Assembly: GCF_009914755.1 (NCBI RefSeq)
Contig: NC_060929.1
DNA length: 64,000 nt
Source: the human T2T-CHM13v2.0 reference genome, Homo sapiens
Reading direction: 5' to 3' (one strand)
This document shows, in pieces, positions 27,156 through 40,699 of the stretch; the first letter of the stretch is position 1; the number at the start of each line of letters is the position of its first letter. The translations under genes and the position numbers were made by a program. The notes beneath the pieces were generated by a model. It saw nothing but the letters and a program-made list of their open reading frames with translations. It searched no databases and had not been told where the DNA came from.

Positions 27156-29295
27156 GTATCTGCATGTGTGTACACACACACACATGCATCCATCTAAAAT
27201 AATTCTGCCATATTCAAACATATAAAACCAATATTTAAAACATTATGGAAAATAAGTATCAGATTTTAGACTACCACATTTATACTTCTTAAAAAGTAAT
27301 TTTGTAATATGGATACATTGGTGGATAATTACTGGTAATATTCTGGCAATGCAAAAAAATCTGTTCAGTGTAAATTTCATGTTGATTACATTAATCATTA
27401 TATTTTATTTGTAAGTAGGTTTGAATTATCAAACATAAAAATTTTATATTTCCAGTAGCATCTTTGCTGATTTCACTATTGAAAATTAATGCAGAGTTGA
27501 TTCCAGATTTTTCATTTATATTATATTAGAGGTTTTTGTTAGATCACAGATTTAACTTTGGAATTTGTATTTTTGGTTGAGAAAAAATCGTGTAAATGGC
27601 ATGCATTTGTAGCTTATAGAAATACATTTAAATCATTTAAAAACATGAAAGAAATCAAATATAAATACATAACAAATACAATATGGTACAGTTTATTTTA
27701 TTTAGATGTTTATAGATAATATATCAAAATGCACTTAGCTTCCTTCATGCAACAAAAGAGAATGTTGTAAAAAGGTGACTCTGGGTAGGAAGCAGCTTTA
27801 CTCCCAACCTTTAGCATTAATATCTTGGGAAGAGTAAATTATCTTTGTTATATGTTTCCCATCTGAAAATTTTAAACATCTAAGCTGTCTCCTAATGCTA
27901 AGGATTGCCTCATTAAGCATATGTAGGCGGGGCTGTCATAGTTGGCTGATTCTATAAGCTGTCTTGAAGCACTTTCCTTCCCTTGTCCCAAACTCTTTGC
28001 ATCTTGCAAATATAATACACAAACAAAATACAGTATTTTTAGATGAAATATTCAGCATCACTTAAAATTAAAACTAAACTCAAATTTGTCAAATGGATGC
28101 TTAAAAATCCAAAAAGATCTAAGTATGAGTAACTGGGACCTGATACCAGGTTTATCATAATGCTCACTAAGAAATAAGACAGAAGAACATCACCCCATGC
28201 CTTCTTTGGGATTTACAAACAATTACCCAACATAAATTTCTGGTAAAAAATCATGCAAGTTGTTCCTCAAGGTCTAAAAATACCTTAAAATTAGGATTTT
28301 TCTGTAGAAGTTTATAATGAATAGATTCTGTTTCCTAAGCTAAGATTTAATTTAAATGAAGACCAAAAAGTAAATGAACTTATTTTCTTGCCAGCATAAA
28401 ACAAGATGACTGTACCCTTGATTGAGGGTAAGAAACTAGCCAGCTTAATATTAAACATCAATTGCATGCAACTACATATAATAGGTTTTGCAATAAACAC
28501 AATAATAATGTAAGTGTTTTGACTATTTGCTGTAAGAGTTCTTATCAGAAATGGACATCTCAGTTATATTCATATGGGTTCATAAACTGAAGAGTTTTTG
28601 ATGATTTGGTCGTATTCCAAACCATTCTAAAAGGTGCAATTGATTGAACTGGCCATGCAGTTAAAATGGCTAAAATGATCAGATTGACTATAGCTCTGTC
28701 AGGTGCTTATCAGAAAAACACGATCTTACAGAGGCAAATCTGCCCCCACAAAAGCATGGCTCAGAAGCCATTCCTACCTCCATACAAACCTGGACCCTCA
28801 AAAATATATTCTGAAGTATTCATTTATATCCTGTCTACTTCAAAATGGAGTTGAGACAATTATATCAAGGGAGAAAGAGCCCTAAAAGCAAACACGCAAG
28901 TAAAACTAATATCATTCACATTAATTTCAGAATGATTAAAACAACTGTTTTACCCCTTAAGCATGTAAGATTTCCACTTCTTAAATCCTTCTTTTATTGT
29001 TGCTATTTTTAGTCTACTATGACTATATCCTTCAAAGCAACATTAACAACACGACTGGTTTATTTTTGGTACCATAAGAGGACAATTTACTGGCAAACTG
29101 TTCCCACTGAATGAGAATGAGAAACTTAACTACGCTGTTGGTCTTTGATATTTTTCCAGCAGAAATAGTCCTTCCTCCATGTAGTACATGAGACTTTCAG
29201 CCTCCAGACAGGCTCTTTATTTTAGAGGAAAAACAATATCAAATCGGTAGAAGTGTTCATAACTTTGCTTTATTTTCATTTTCTTATAGGCTCGT

Positions 29296-29656
29296 TGATA
29301 TGGTTTGACTGTGTCCCCACCCAAATCTCATCTTGAATTGTAGCTCCCATAATTCCTACTTGTTACGAGAGGGACTTGGTGGGAGATAATTGAACTATGG
29401 GAGTGGTTTCCCCCATACTGTTCTCATGGCAGTGACTAAATCTCACAAGATCTGATTATTTTATAAAGGGTTTCCCCTTTCTCTTGGCCCTCATTCTCTC
29501 TTGTTTGCCGCCGTGTAAGATGTGCCTTTTGCCTTGTGTCATGATTGTGAGACTCCCCAGCCACATGAAACTGTGAGTCCATTAAACCTCTTTTTCTTTA
29601 TAAATTACCCAGTCTTGGGTTTGCCTTTATCAGCAGTGTGAAAATGGACTAATACA
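29296..29656 (+). mobile_element. THE1B LTR (complete)
   Basis: tgatatggtttgactgtgtccccacccaaatctc...ggactaataca. Confidence 0.93.
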
Positions 29657-29866
29657 CCCATCTCACATGCAACGACACCCATAGGCTAAAAGTAAAAGGA
29701 TGCAGAAAAATCTTCAAAGCAAATGGAAAACAGAAAAAAGTAGTGGTTAATATTTTAATTTCAGACAAAACAGACTTTAAACCAACATAGATCCAAAAAA
29801 TACAAAGGGTATTACACAATGGTAAAGGGTTCAATTCAAGAAGAAGACCTAACTATCGTAAATATA

Positions 29867-29913
<47 letters not shown>

Positions 29914-30092
29914 CAAAAAAGGAGCAGCCAGATTCATAAAAGCAAGTTCTTAGAGGCCTACAAAGAAACTTGGATAACCACACAATAATAATGAGAGATT
30001 TCAACACCCCACTGACATTATTAGATCAATCATCGAAGCAGAAATGTAGCAAAGATATTCAGGACCCAAACTTGACACCTGACCATATAGAC
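29657..30092 (+). mobile_element. L1 (older L1PA/L1PB) ORF2 endonuclease-domain fragment, disabled
   Basis: Encodes degenerate HLTCNDTHRLKVKG, ANGKQKK, DKTDFKPT, MVKGSIQEEDLTI, DFNTP; contains stops and frameshifts. Confidence 0.93.
29862..29909. repeat. (TA)n microsatellite
   Basis: About 24 dinucleotide units inside the L1 fragment. Confidence 0.97.
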
Positions 30093-30161
30093 TTCTTTTT
30101 GTTTATAAATCACCTAGCCTCTGGTATGTCTTTATTCGCAATGTAGGAACAGACTAATACA
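30093..30161 (+). mobile_element. 3' tail of a second THE1/MST MaLR LTR
   Basis: tttataaatcacctagcctctggtatgtctttatt..cagactaataca followed by CTCGT. Confidence 0.88.
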
Positions 30162-31329
30162 CTCGTTAATAAGTGAAAAGTTAAGGGCATGTAAACTCCC
30201 ATGCATTGAGTATTTCTGTGTTAGAAAGAACACAAAGGTTTTAAGGTAAAATCTCATTGGATCCTTGGGACAAATCTATTGTTCTCTCAATTTTAGAGAT
30301 AAAGATACCAAAGCGTGTTAAATTTACATGTCTTGACCAATACTGAACAGTAGTCACATAAGAACTCTCAGGTCATCTCCTTTATTCTAAAGAAATAGTT
30401 TACATCAATTGGCTTGTTGAGAAGAAAGAGGAACATGTGAAATGTGAGTATCTCTATTTATGAATAAAAATGTTGAATAACCTTGCTGTTTTCATTTACA
30501 AAAGAGCGCACAGAATTCCTTTAATACTTGACAATGGTGTTATTGTATTCATGGACAATGATCAGTCAAAATGTACTCTGTAGGTTGTATTTTATTAAAC
30601 AGTTTTAATTTTAGATGTAATTTTGTTAAACAGATGTAATTTCAAGTACAAAATTAAAAGGAGACCTGAATAGAGCAGTAACATTCAGAAAAATTAACTT
30701 TTATCAAGAGTATCTTCTCTTAAAAGTGGCTTTTGTGATTTTGTTTTATAAGAGGTTAGAAAAATAAAACAAAATGATTCTGCTCCTGTTAAGGAAAATT
30801 AACAGTTGGAACCCACACAGGGATAGTTCCTTTCCCTCCCCCAACATTAAGGAATTCCAAATTTTTACCAAACAACCACAACTGCTAAAACTGTACCTAC
30901 CTATACATTTATTCCATATATATTTATTTAGCATCTACTGTATGCCAGGTACTATGCTTGAAGTTGCATGTAGCCTAATGTAACTTGTGGTTTATATTTT
31001 AGAGGCAGCTATCTGTAAAACCAAAACAAACAAAAATCCATTGACAACAACAACCAAAAAAAAACAAAGTATTTTTGAAAAACTAAACACCCTTCAACAA
31101 TATGCACTGTAAGTAGCATACAAAGATATGACCACATGGCTGAAACTGTCAGAGCACAATAGCAGATAAAAGTATTTAAACAACGACGTTACATGAAATT
31201 GCTATGAATCAGTGTACCTTTTGTTTCTTGCTTCTAATCTTCATAGGAAAATGACTTGGTCCTCAAAAATTCACTCCACTAACTCTCTTGTTAGAATGAT
31301 TGGGGAAAAATATTTTGTCTAAAAGTTTG

Positions 31330-31440
31330 AATATGACATACATGCAAAAACTGATTTTAAACAAAGAGGTCAACCAATCTCATAGGGAAAGAACAATGTT
31401 TTCAACAACTGATGCTGGAACAACTGGGTAATGCAAACAG

Positions 31441-31486
<46 letters not shown>

Positions 31487-31930
31487 CTCTAGCCTACTCT
31501 TACTTCACATCATTTACAAAAAATAACTTAAACTAGGTCATAGACTGAAGTGTAGGATGTAAAATTATAAAACCTCTATAAGGAAATAAGGGAACAAAAT
31601 CTTTGCAATCATGGATTAAACATTTCTTTAAAATGACATGAAAACACAAAATAAAAATGGATATACAGTATTGCAATTCATCAAAATTACAAAGTTATGC
31701 TCTTCAAATAACAGTTGGAAAAATTAAAAGGGAACCACAGACTGGATGAAACTAGTTTCAAAACACCTGTCTGATACAGGACTTGTCTCCAATATACATG
31801 AAGAACTTTCATGACTCAACACTAAAAAGAGAACCCAATTAAAAAGATAGGTAAATTATTTGAATGAACTCTTCAATCAATAAGATATGAGGGTGACAAA
31901 TAAGTATCTTAAAATTGGTCAGTATTACAA
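31330..31930 (+). mobile_element. Old L1M ORF2 3' fragment with (CT)n at 31446-31490
   Basis: ttttcaacaactgatgctggaacaactgg, aaaattataaaacctcta, ccacagactgg, tctgatacaggacttg. Confidence 0.85.
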
Positions 31931-33289
31931 TTTGTAAATTTACCTTAATAATGCCAACAAAAATTTAATGCCATCGGTGTTTGCTACAGTTTACAGATTA
32001 TAAATAAATTTAACTTCAACTGAAATTATGAATATATTCATTTCACTCCAAATATATAACGTTTCTGCTGACAAGTATAGAATGGTATTGTCAGCCTATT
32101 TCAAAGACTGAATATAAAATAGTAGGTGTCTCAGATGCCTAATGTGAAATAAAACATGAGGCCATAATGTAAAGGCAACCCAACTCAAATGCCAGAACTC
32201 ATTTGGTCACAGAGATTTCCATTGTAACCTCAGCAAAAGGACAATTTTCTTCCACTCGAAGTCTTTTGTTGCACATTGATGCCAACTTGTCTACCTTCCC
32301 CTTAATGCTCAGGAGTTTTGCCTTCGACTCCATTTCATTGCATATGTAAGGCTGATTGCTTGTTGTGCTTACTGATTACCTCATTTAAAGTTTTAAATTG
32401 CATTGTCTTAAAAATGAACACTATACTATATGTGATATTTAGTAATGACGTAAAACCTAAAACATAAACTTGCAGGTAGGAAAGATTTGCATAATTCATT
32501 GAGATTCTATGAAACACTATCATATTAGGAATGTACACATTGCTAATTGTAAAATTATATTCCATCAACCATCACAAATTGAAGAGTCAGAGTGTTTAAG
32601 TCACTTAAGTTGTTAAGTGGTTGAGTCCTGGAATGTGTTTTCAGTTTTGCTAGACACTCTGACTTTGTCTCTGGTGGCTGCCACTGTGTAATTATGTTCC
32701 TTCTCCTTAGAGAAGCAAAGACAGCAAAATTAACACTCTCAGATATAGGAAGCTATGACACTGCACATCACATCCACAGAAATATACCTACTCATGCTTT
32801 TTCTAAAATGAAATATTTGCTCCATACAAAGCATTAAACTTCACACGCAAATCGGAAAAGTACAAGAAGAGTTTTACAAGTGCATGAGCACACACATTCA
32901 CACACAAATTGAAGAACCCATTAGTGTTTTAATTCTAAGTTTTAAAAATTGTGCCAAATTGTTCTTATTTCTTCTTTTTTTGGTGTGCTGGAGGCTCTCT
33001 CACTCTTTCTGCTAAAAGTGAGAGCCTTATTTCATCTATTTTCGCCTGCCAGGTAGAGGATAGATGATGAATAAAATTTGAGTTAATTTGCAGAGGTGTT
33101 AGGAAAGTGTTTGAAAAATTGCTGGTGATCACTATGCTCCAAAATTGGGTCATGAGGAGCAAGTCCCATAAGACAGCTCTTTTGCCTTTTGGATAGATTT
33201 ATTAACACTGGAAGAACTAGGGAATTCTGTAAAAAATAATGTTTCTGGACTTTGGCCAAACATCTGAGAGGGCTAGTGGTAGTGCACTG

Positions 33290-33560
33290 AAATGCCCTTC
33301 TAATTCTCATCACTTCTGATAATTCTTCAAGACCTATCCAGATGTCCCCAGTTCTGCAAAGCAGACCCTACATAATCCAGGTGGAGTTACCAGCAGTTCT
33401 TCAGTGGCTCCACAGAACAGATGCTCTCTATTGTGCCCTTTTATTGGCTGTGTACCATGATGTTTTTAACAATTGGTTTTAACACAGCCTCATCTACTGG
33501 ACCATGATTCTATAGTATAACAAAATGTTCAGACTCCATGCAGGCATCAATAGATATTTG
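33290..33560 (+). mobile_element. L2 3' fragment
   Basis: aatgcccttc..ttcttcaagacc...caggcatcaatagatatttg. Confidence 0.55.
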
Positions 33561-33690
33561 ATGAAAGCTATGGTTGAAATCCTGCAGACAAAATGAAAAA
33601 AAATTACTATGGGTAACAGTAGATATAAATAGATAGTCACAATGTGGAAATAGTATTTGCTATTTCAAATGATGAGGAGTACCCTTACAG

Positions 33691-34147
33691 CAGTGGTCCC
33701 CAACCTTTTCAGCACCAGGGACCAGTTTCATGGAAGACAATTTTTCCAGGCTGGGTGTGGGGGAGGGCAATGGTTTCGGGATGATTCAAGTGTGTTACAT
33801 TTATTGTGCACTTTATTTGTAGTATTACATGCTCATCACAATGTACAATCAGTGAGAACCCTGAGCCTGTTTTCTGGCAACTAGATGATCCCATCTGGGG
33901 GTGATGGGAGACAATGACAGATCATCAGGCATTACATTCTCATAAGGAGCGCACAACCTAGATCCCTCACATGTGAAGTTCACAATAGGGTTCACGTTCT
34001 TATAAGAATCCCTTGCTGCAGCTCATCTGACAGGAGGTGAAGCTCAGCTTGGCTCGCTCACCCACAACTCATCTCTTGCTGTGCGGCCAGGTACCTAACA
34101 GGCCATGGAGTAGTGCCAATCCATGGCCCAGGGGTTGGGGACCCTTG
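33691..34147 (-). mobile_element. MER1A (hAT-Charlie3 derivative)
   Basis: TIRs cagtggtccccaacc / ggttggggacccttg; 8-bp TSD ccttacag/ctttatag. Confidence 0.92.
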
Positions 34148-34419
34148 CTTTATAGAATACAACTTTTTAATCAAATTTGTGATTTGGATAGGGATAGCTA
34201 TTATACAGATTCCACACGTTTTCACCATGCGGAACAATGGGTAAATCCAAAAAGACAGAATTTAAACAGGATAAATTAAAAAGTCTTAATTTTAGATTAA
34301 AATATTTAATGGTCCAGGATCAAGACACTGAGGCTTAAAAATCATAATATGCATATAAGACCACAAAATAATGGATAATGTTCACTAAGCTCTTCTTCTG
34401 CATTAGCTTAAGTGGGAAG

Positions 34420-34625
34420 TGCTTGCCAAGTGTCAGGTAACTCAATTCTCAAAACAGTACAATGTAGCAATATCAGAATCTGCATGTAAAAGATGAGGCA
34501 ATTGAAACTCAGAGGGCAGAAGTAACCTGCCCAAGGTCACACAAAGAGTATGTGACACAACATGAGTGTGATCCTCAGCTCTCTGGGGTTGAAATTCCCT
34601 ATGCTCTTTTCCAGTTAATCACTGC
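34420..34625 (-). mobile_element. MIR
   Basis: agatgaggcaattgaaactcagagggcagaagtaacctgcccaaggtcacaca. Confidence 0.75.
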
Positions 34626-35319
34626 TTCCAACCTCAGCTATAAGCACCATGATCTACTGATTCCCAAAGCCGTCTGGGAGTTACTTGGCCTCTAAAAAAT
34701 TATAAGACTCTATGCTACATTAATAGATGTATTACGGCCAGACTAAGAGGGCTGATTGTTCTTCACCACTTTTTGTACTTTTTGTAAAATTATATTTGTC
34801 TCAATTATAGTATCCCCAGGATGGGAAAGTGTCCAAAAAAAAAAAGAGTGGTTAAAGCTTTTGAGAAGACTCGGAAAAACACAAAACACAATGGCCATCT
34901 TGGAATGCACAGAGAACGGCAGATGCAAATGGCACTTTTACTTTTTGCATGCCTCTTGGTGATGGGACAAAAGCTGGCAGGAAAAACTTTTTAGCAATTA
35001 GAAATGTCTAAAAATAAATAGACTAATTTGTGAGATAATAAATTCCTCTCTACGGGAAACCATTTTTGTGGAAGGTGGATGACACATAATTGGGAGTGCT
35101 ATGAGGCTAGCAGATTTGACTAGGTGACTGCAAGTTCCTTTCCTACTCTAGGGATCCACACCTTTAGTGATCAATGACCTAGGTAGCAGAACAAATGAAA
35201 ATGTTAGAGCTATGCTTAAATAACTAATTTCCATGCCAATATTTTTGAGTAATGTATATCAAGCATTTCTTAGTTACTGACCATTAGCCTTGTTGCCACT
35301 GCCTAACCCGGAAAAGTTA

Positions 35320-35346
35320 AACAACAACAACAACAACAACAACAAC
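35320..35346. repeat. (CAA)n microsatellite
   Basis: Visible directly in the sequence. Confidence 0.9.
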
Positions 35347-35739
35347 TCATGCAAGAGACAATAAGCCTCTTAAATAAAGACAAAAGATACACAGGAGGTA
35401 GAACAGATCTATCTGGTGTCTGATATGACAGCTGTTTTCTACAGGTGGTTCATAAACCCCATTCCCTACCCCTGGCATCTCGTTAAAATTCTCCAGGTCA
35501 CTAAAAGTGATAATAGTATTTGTTTAGAAAGAATGTATTTCCACCCCCGAAACATAAGAGTTTGAACATATCAAATAAAAACTACCAGCAATTGGAGGAG
35601 AGATCACGACATAAACAGCCAAAGATGGAGTAACACCAGTGGTGAGTTTTCAGCATTTACAGTTGTATACATTTTATGTTTCATTTGTAGGCACATGTTG
35701 TTTATATCTGAACACAAGTTCATTTCTTATTTCATTTTA

Positions 35740-35894
35740 TGTTTTTTAGAGACATGGTCTTGCTCTGTTGCCTAGGCTGGAGTGCAGTAGTGCCATCATA
35801 GCTCACTGCATCCTTGAACTCCTGGGCTCAAGCAATCCTCCCACCTCAGCCTCCCAAGTGCTGGAATTACAGGCATGAACCACCACATCTGGCC
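35740..35894 (-). mobile_element. Free Alu monomer (FRAM-like)
   Basis: Single ~155-bp antisense Alu arm ending at a ggcc 5' end. Confidence 0.85.
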
Positions 35895-36099
35895 TCACTC
35901 ATTATTTTAACATACCATTGGTCTCCAAATCAAATAGGCTATGATACGTCATGCTTTAATTGTTGAAAAAAATGCTAATTAAAATTAATTGAAACTTAAA
36001 ATGCCTCATTTTATAGGGGAAAAAAGTAAACTTTTTTTCCCCCAAATAGTAATAAACTCTAGCATATTTAATATATGTTTCTTAAATGTTCCATATGGT

Positions 36100-37480
36100 T
36101 TTCTACTTATACGTGCATTTTTGAAAAAGACATACTGTGACTTTTATTTCTCATTCTATTTCCTATTTTTCTCACTCAACATTGTGCTTCTTAGTCCTGG
36201 CATCTGCAGAGAGACATAACTCATTACCTTGGGCCAATGCATAGTTCACCATGTGCTACACTTTATTCCTTGAGGGATCTCCTAGCTCTTTCAACCCATA
36301 CAGTGCTGTGACAAATGTCTGCTACACACATCTCCTTGTGATCTGCAGGAGGATGTCTCTAATAATGCACACCAGGGTGGACTGCAGGACACTGGGCAAC
36401 ATGCAGACTGAATCTCATCAATTCAGTCCACTAGCTTCCGGAGGGACTGATCAGCAAACACTGCAACCAGGGGTGCAGGTGTGTTTCTATTTCCCCAATT
36501 CTTGACAGCACCTGGTATCTTTCGACTTTTGGCAAACCAATTGGTGTAAAGAGGTCATCTTTTTCTTAAACTGCATGTAGAAATTACTAAGAAGAATTCT
36601 ACTTTGGTTTGGTAACTTACCCATTTATGTGCTTTGCTCAGTTTTCCATTAGGATAAGTTTTTCCTTTTTCCTTTATTGATATTGTTTCCTTATATATCC
36701 TACTTCTTAGGATATCTTGCTGTCAAATAACCCTACTGTCAATAATCACACCTGTAATCCCAGCACTTTGGGAGGCCGAGGCAGGTGGATCACCTGAGGT
36801 CAGGAGTTTGAGACCAGCCTGGTCAACATGGTGAAATGCCGTCTCTACTAAAAATATAAAAACATTAGCCAGGCGTGGTGGTGGGTGTCTGTAATCCTAG
36901 CTACTCAGGAGGCTGAGGCAGGAGAATCACTTGAACTTGGGAGGTGGAGGCTGCAGTGAGCCAAGGTCATGCCACTGCACCCCAGCATGGGCAACAAGAG
37001 CGAAACTCCATCTCAAAAAAAAAAAAATACATAAACAATCATATCTTCTCCCAGTCACCTGTTTCATACATCTCTTAACTCTTCAGATTGTCCTTCACTA
37101 AATAGAGAGATCAATTTTGATGTAGTAATATAATGTCACTTTTTCCCCTTAGGATTTTCCTTAGTGGGGGAAAAGAAAGTCCATTCAATAAAGCTTTTCC
37201 TATCTTGCTGTCATTAAGATATTCTCCAATATGTTATTCTAGACATTTTATAAGACTACTTTTCACATTTAGGTCTCCAAAATATTGAAAGTTTTAAAGG
37301 ATCTTTCCATGATAAGCCAGGTTTCTGTACAAGGTTATGCTACCTTTATCACACATCAAGTAAACATATATTCATGGGGATACTTTCTGGACTCCTCTAT
37401 AGCAAGGATCTATGTCTTATCGTGAAGACTATACACACACTTTACTACTATAAAAATTTTCTTATTATTTGGTAAGGAAA
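36100..37480 (-). mobile_element. Ancient L1M relic, interrupted by Alu
   Basis: tttttctcactcaacatt, cagtgctgtgacaaat, tttccccaattcttgacagcac, tttcacatttaggtct, tttctggactcctctat. Confidence 0.7.
36746..37028 (+). mobile_element. AluSx, 5'-truncated by about 15 nt
   Basis: Begins at tcacacctgtaatcc; ggatcacctgaggtcaggag; poly-A tail. Confidence 0.95.
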
Positions 37481-37499
37481 GGCCCTATTTACTCAAGAT

Positions 37500-39880
37500 A
37501 ACCAACTTAATCTTGGAGGGAAGAGAGTCTGTGGCATTTGTGCCACAGCACACTCCTCTTTTTGCTAATCAATGTGAGAGAAGCTGTACTCTACTTTGAG
37601 TGGTTGGTTCAAGAAGACAGGGCTCACTCGCTCACCACCTCCAAGTATAGAGCTACGCAGTGTTTCCAGGAGGGGAAAACCACCAGAGTTTCTCATCCTC
37701 CACAGCTCCATGTTGTAGAAGCTCCCTTTCAGACAAATATGATTGAGAGGTATAGGGCACCCTTCTTTCACCCAGGCCCTATGTATGGTGGAAGATCTCC
37801 CCTGCTGCAGCATGCTGAGACTAATGACTCTGATTGGCCTTGCCCCAGCTTGCTCCTCAGGAGGAGATTCTATGCTGGGAGGAGGAAGTTTACCATCCAG
37901 CCCCATCGCCCACTTACAGAGCAAGAGTGCCAATCCAAAAGACATGGGGCATGTCCCGGACCCCACCTCCAGAGAAGTGGTATAAATGTGTTGCCTGGGA
38001 GGACAGGCAAGGCATATGAACAGAGAGTTCCAGTGCTCTCCTTAATGGGAATGGCTATATTTAAAATAGAGCGTACAGAACTGAAGACCAAGTGTTTGTT
38101 TAAAACAATGAAGCTCTTGGTGTTGAACAATTAAGAGAAGAATGGCAGCTCCTTGATAGCAATAAATGAAATGACAGATGATTTAGAAGTTAGAAGTTTT
38201 CCAGAAGGACTCTAAGAAAGAGATAGCTAAGATGATCCCTCCTGTAGTTGGAACAATTCTCAGAGACTAGCAGTTAGTGAAGGTTAAGTGAGTGTGATAT
38301 CAACAGACGTATACCAGCAGGAAGATTCATAGGGGGATGAAAAATAAAAAGAGACAGTGAGACAGCCTAGCTAAAACCAGTCAACCTGGGGTCCTGCGGT
38401 GAGGAGGAGGACATTAAGGAAAACTGTGTACCTGACTAAGGATGCAAACTCTGGGGAGTGACAGCAGAAACTGAACAGAGAAAACAGACCTCAATAAACT
38501 ATTCCAGTCAAGTTACCAAATAAATAAACAACAGAAACAACAAGCACTGGTTGGAGGGTGGTCAGTATTCAGAGTAGCTTCAATACATTATCTAAAATGT
38601 GCAGCTTTCAACCAAAAAAGTTATGAGTCACCCAATGAAACATGAAAGTGTGACCCATATAAAGGAAAAACAACAACAACAAACCAGACATTAGAAACTG
38701 CCTCTGAAGGAGCCTAGATGGTAGATTTAGGAGATGGAAGATTTCAAAGCAGCTATTTTAAATATGTTCCAAGAACTAAAGGAAACCATGCTTTAAACCA
38801 TGAATTAAAGGAATATATTATGATGACTCACCAAATACAGGATGTTAATAAAAACAGAAATTATTAAAAAATAAATCAAAGGAAAATTCTGGAGTTAAGA
38901 AGTACAATAGCTGAGATGAAGAGCTCACTAGAGGGAATCCACAGTAAAGTTAAGCTGGAAGAAGAAAATCTCAGCGTACTTGAAGAAAGACCAGTAGAGA
39001 TTATGCAACATGAACAATAGACAGAAGAAAATAAATTGAACAGAGCCTCAGAGAAGTGCAGGACACTATTTGGCACACTAACACGCATGTAATGGAAGCG
39101 CCAGAGAGACAGGAGAGATAGAGAGAAGGCATGAAAATATCAAATGAATAATAGTTGTAAACTTCCCATATTCAATGGGAAACATTAACCTTCACATCCA
39201 AGAAGCTCAATAACTAAAAATAGAATGAACACAGAGATCCATATCCAGACACATCAGAGTTAACACGTTGAAAGTGAAAGACAATGAAAAATGTGAAGGC
39301 AGCAAGAGAAAAATTACTCTTCCTTAACAAGAGAATGCCAACAAAATTAACAATTAACTTCTCATCAACAACAATGAAGGCAAGGAGGCAGTGGGATGAA
39401 ATATTCAAAAGAAACATACCTGAAACTAACTACGGAGCCCCAAATTAGATGAAGAAAAAATGAGAAAATTGAAGGAAGAAACAGAAAATTCAGCAATGTT
39501 AGTTGAAATTCAGCAATATTAGTTGATTTAAATATCCCATTTAAAATATTAGATAGGCCAGGCACGGTGGCTCATGCCGGTAATCCCTGCACTTTGGGAG
39601 GCCAGAGTGGGTGGTTCACAACGTCAGGAGTTCGAGACAACCATGGCCAACATAGTGAAACCCCATCTCTACTAAAAATACAAAAATTAGCCAGGCATAG
39701 TGGTGGGTGCCTGTAATCCCAGCTTCTATGGAGGCTAAGGCAGGAGAATTTCTTGAACCTGAGAGGCAGAGTTTGCAGTAAGCCACAAATGTGCCAATGT
39801 ACTCCAGTCTGGGTGACAGAATGAGGCACTGTCTCAAAAAAAAAAAAAAAAATTAGTACAACTTGATAGAAACGTAGATC
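37500..39880 (+). mobile_element. L1MD/L1M4-type 5' region: 5'UTR, ORF1 and an ORF2 endonuclease piece
   Basis: ORF1-like gatttcaaagcagctattttaaatatgttccaagaactaaagg, gaaaattctggagttaagaagtacaatagctgagatgaa, atccaagaagctcaa; 5' boundary approximate. Confidence 0.75.
39556..39851 (+). mobile_element. AluS inserted in the L1
   Basis: Full dimer with poly-A tail. Confidence 0.96.
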
Positions 39881-40699
39881 AGTAGGCTACACTGGAAGGT
39901 CCAGAAATAAACCTGGACATCTTTCTTCTTCCAATGTGAAGTAGTATTTTAGGCTTCAGTGGTTTGGAATGGATAGTGGTACAGTCCATCTTCTTATACC
40001 TGATGTTTTTTCTTGGGTGATTTCCCCCCTCATGACATCTGTTTCTATTTTCTGTCCAATACCCAGTCAACAGAATCAGGCTCATGCTTCTCCTGCACAC
40101 AGCTCTCTGCCCCATGAGTTGGCACTGCCCATTTATCCAGCCACCCCAATTTCACCTATCCTTTTCCCCAACTCTTGAGCATTTGGCCACAATCAGTCAA
40201 GTCTTCTCTACATTCAACCGACTATATACTCATCAGAAAGAGAGAACTTTACCCTTTTCTTTGTCTGGTTGTACATAATGCCATATTTTCCCCATATTCT
40301 TTTTCAGCCCCCAGGGAACCTGAGCAAGACCATAGGCACACACACAGCCATGGAGAAGGGTGGCTTCTCCCCTTCCTTGAAAGCACCTCAATTTCAGAAC
40401 TGATTCTCTTGGGGATTCACAGTTGAGAATTTGAGAGAGCAGAAGCCAGAAAAATACCTTCTGCTCCACGGGGATATGAAGGGCATGGATGGGATCTGGA
40501 CTTTCTCCTCAATCTCAATCCCGTGCACGATTTCTCCAGTTCTGCCTCTAGTTCTTGCTCTTGAGGATGAGGAGGTTACAAACCAGGAGTCTCTCATTTA
40601 AAAACCGGGGTTCTCAATAGGTTGCTCTTTCTATGCAATCCCACACTGAGTTTTGAAAGTCAGATCAGGAAAGTTGAATATTTTACTGTTTTGAGTAGG

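Noticed and set aside
37538-38134. Longest ORF in the window (198 aa) with overlapping antisense ORFs
   Set aside because: No recognisable domain, non-ATG start, and it lies in the GC-richer leader of an old L1
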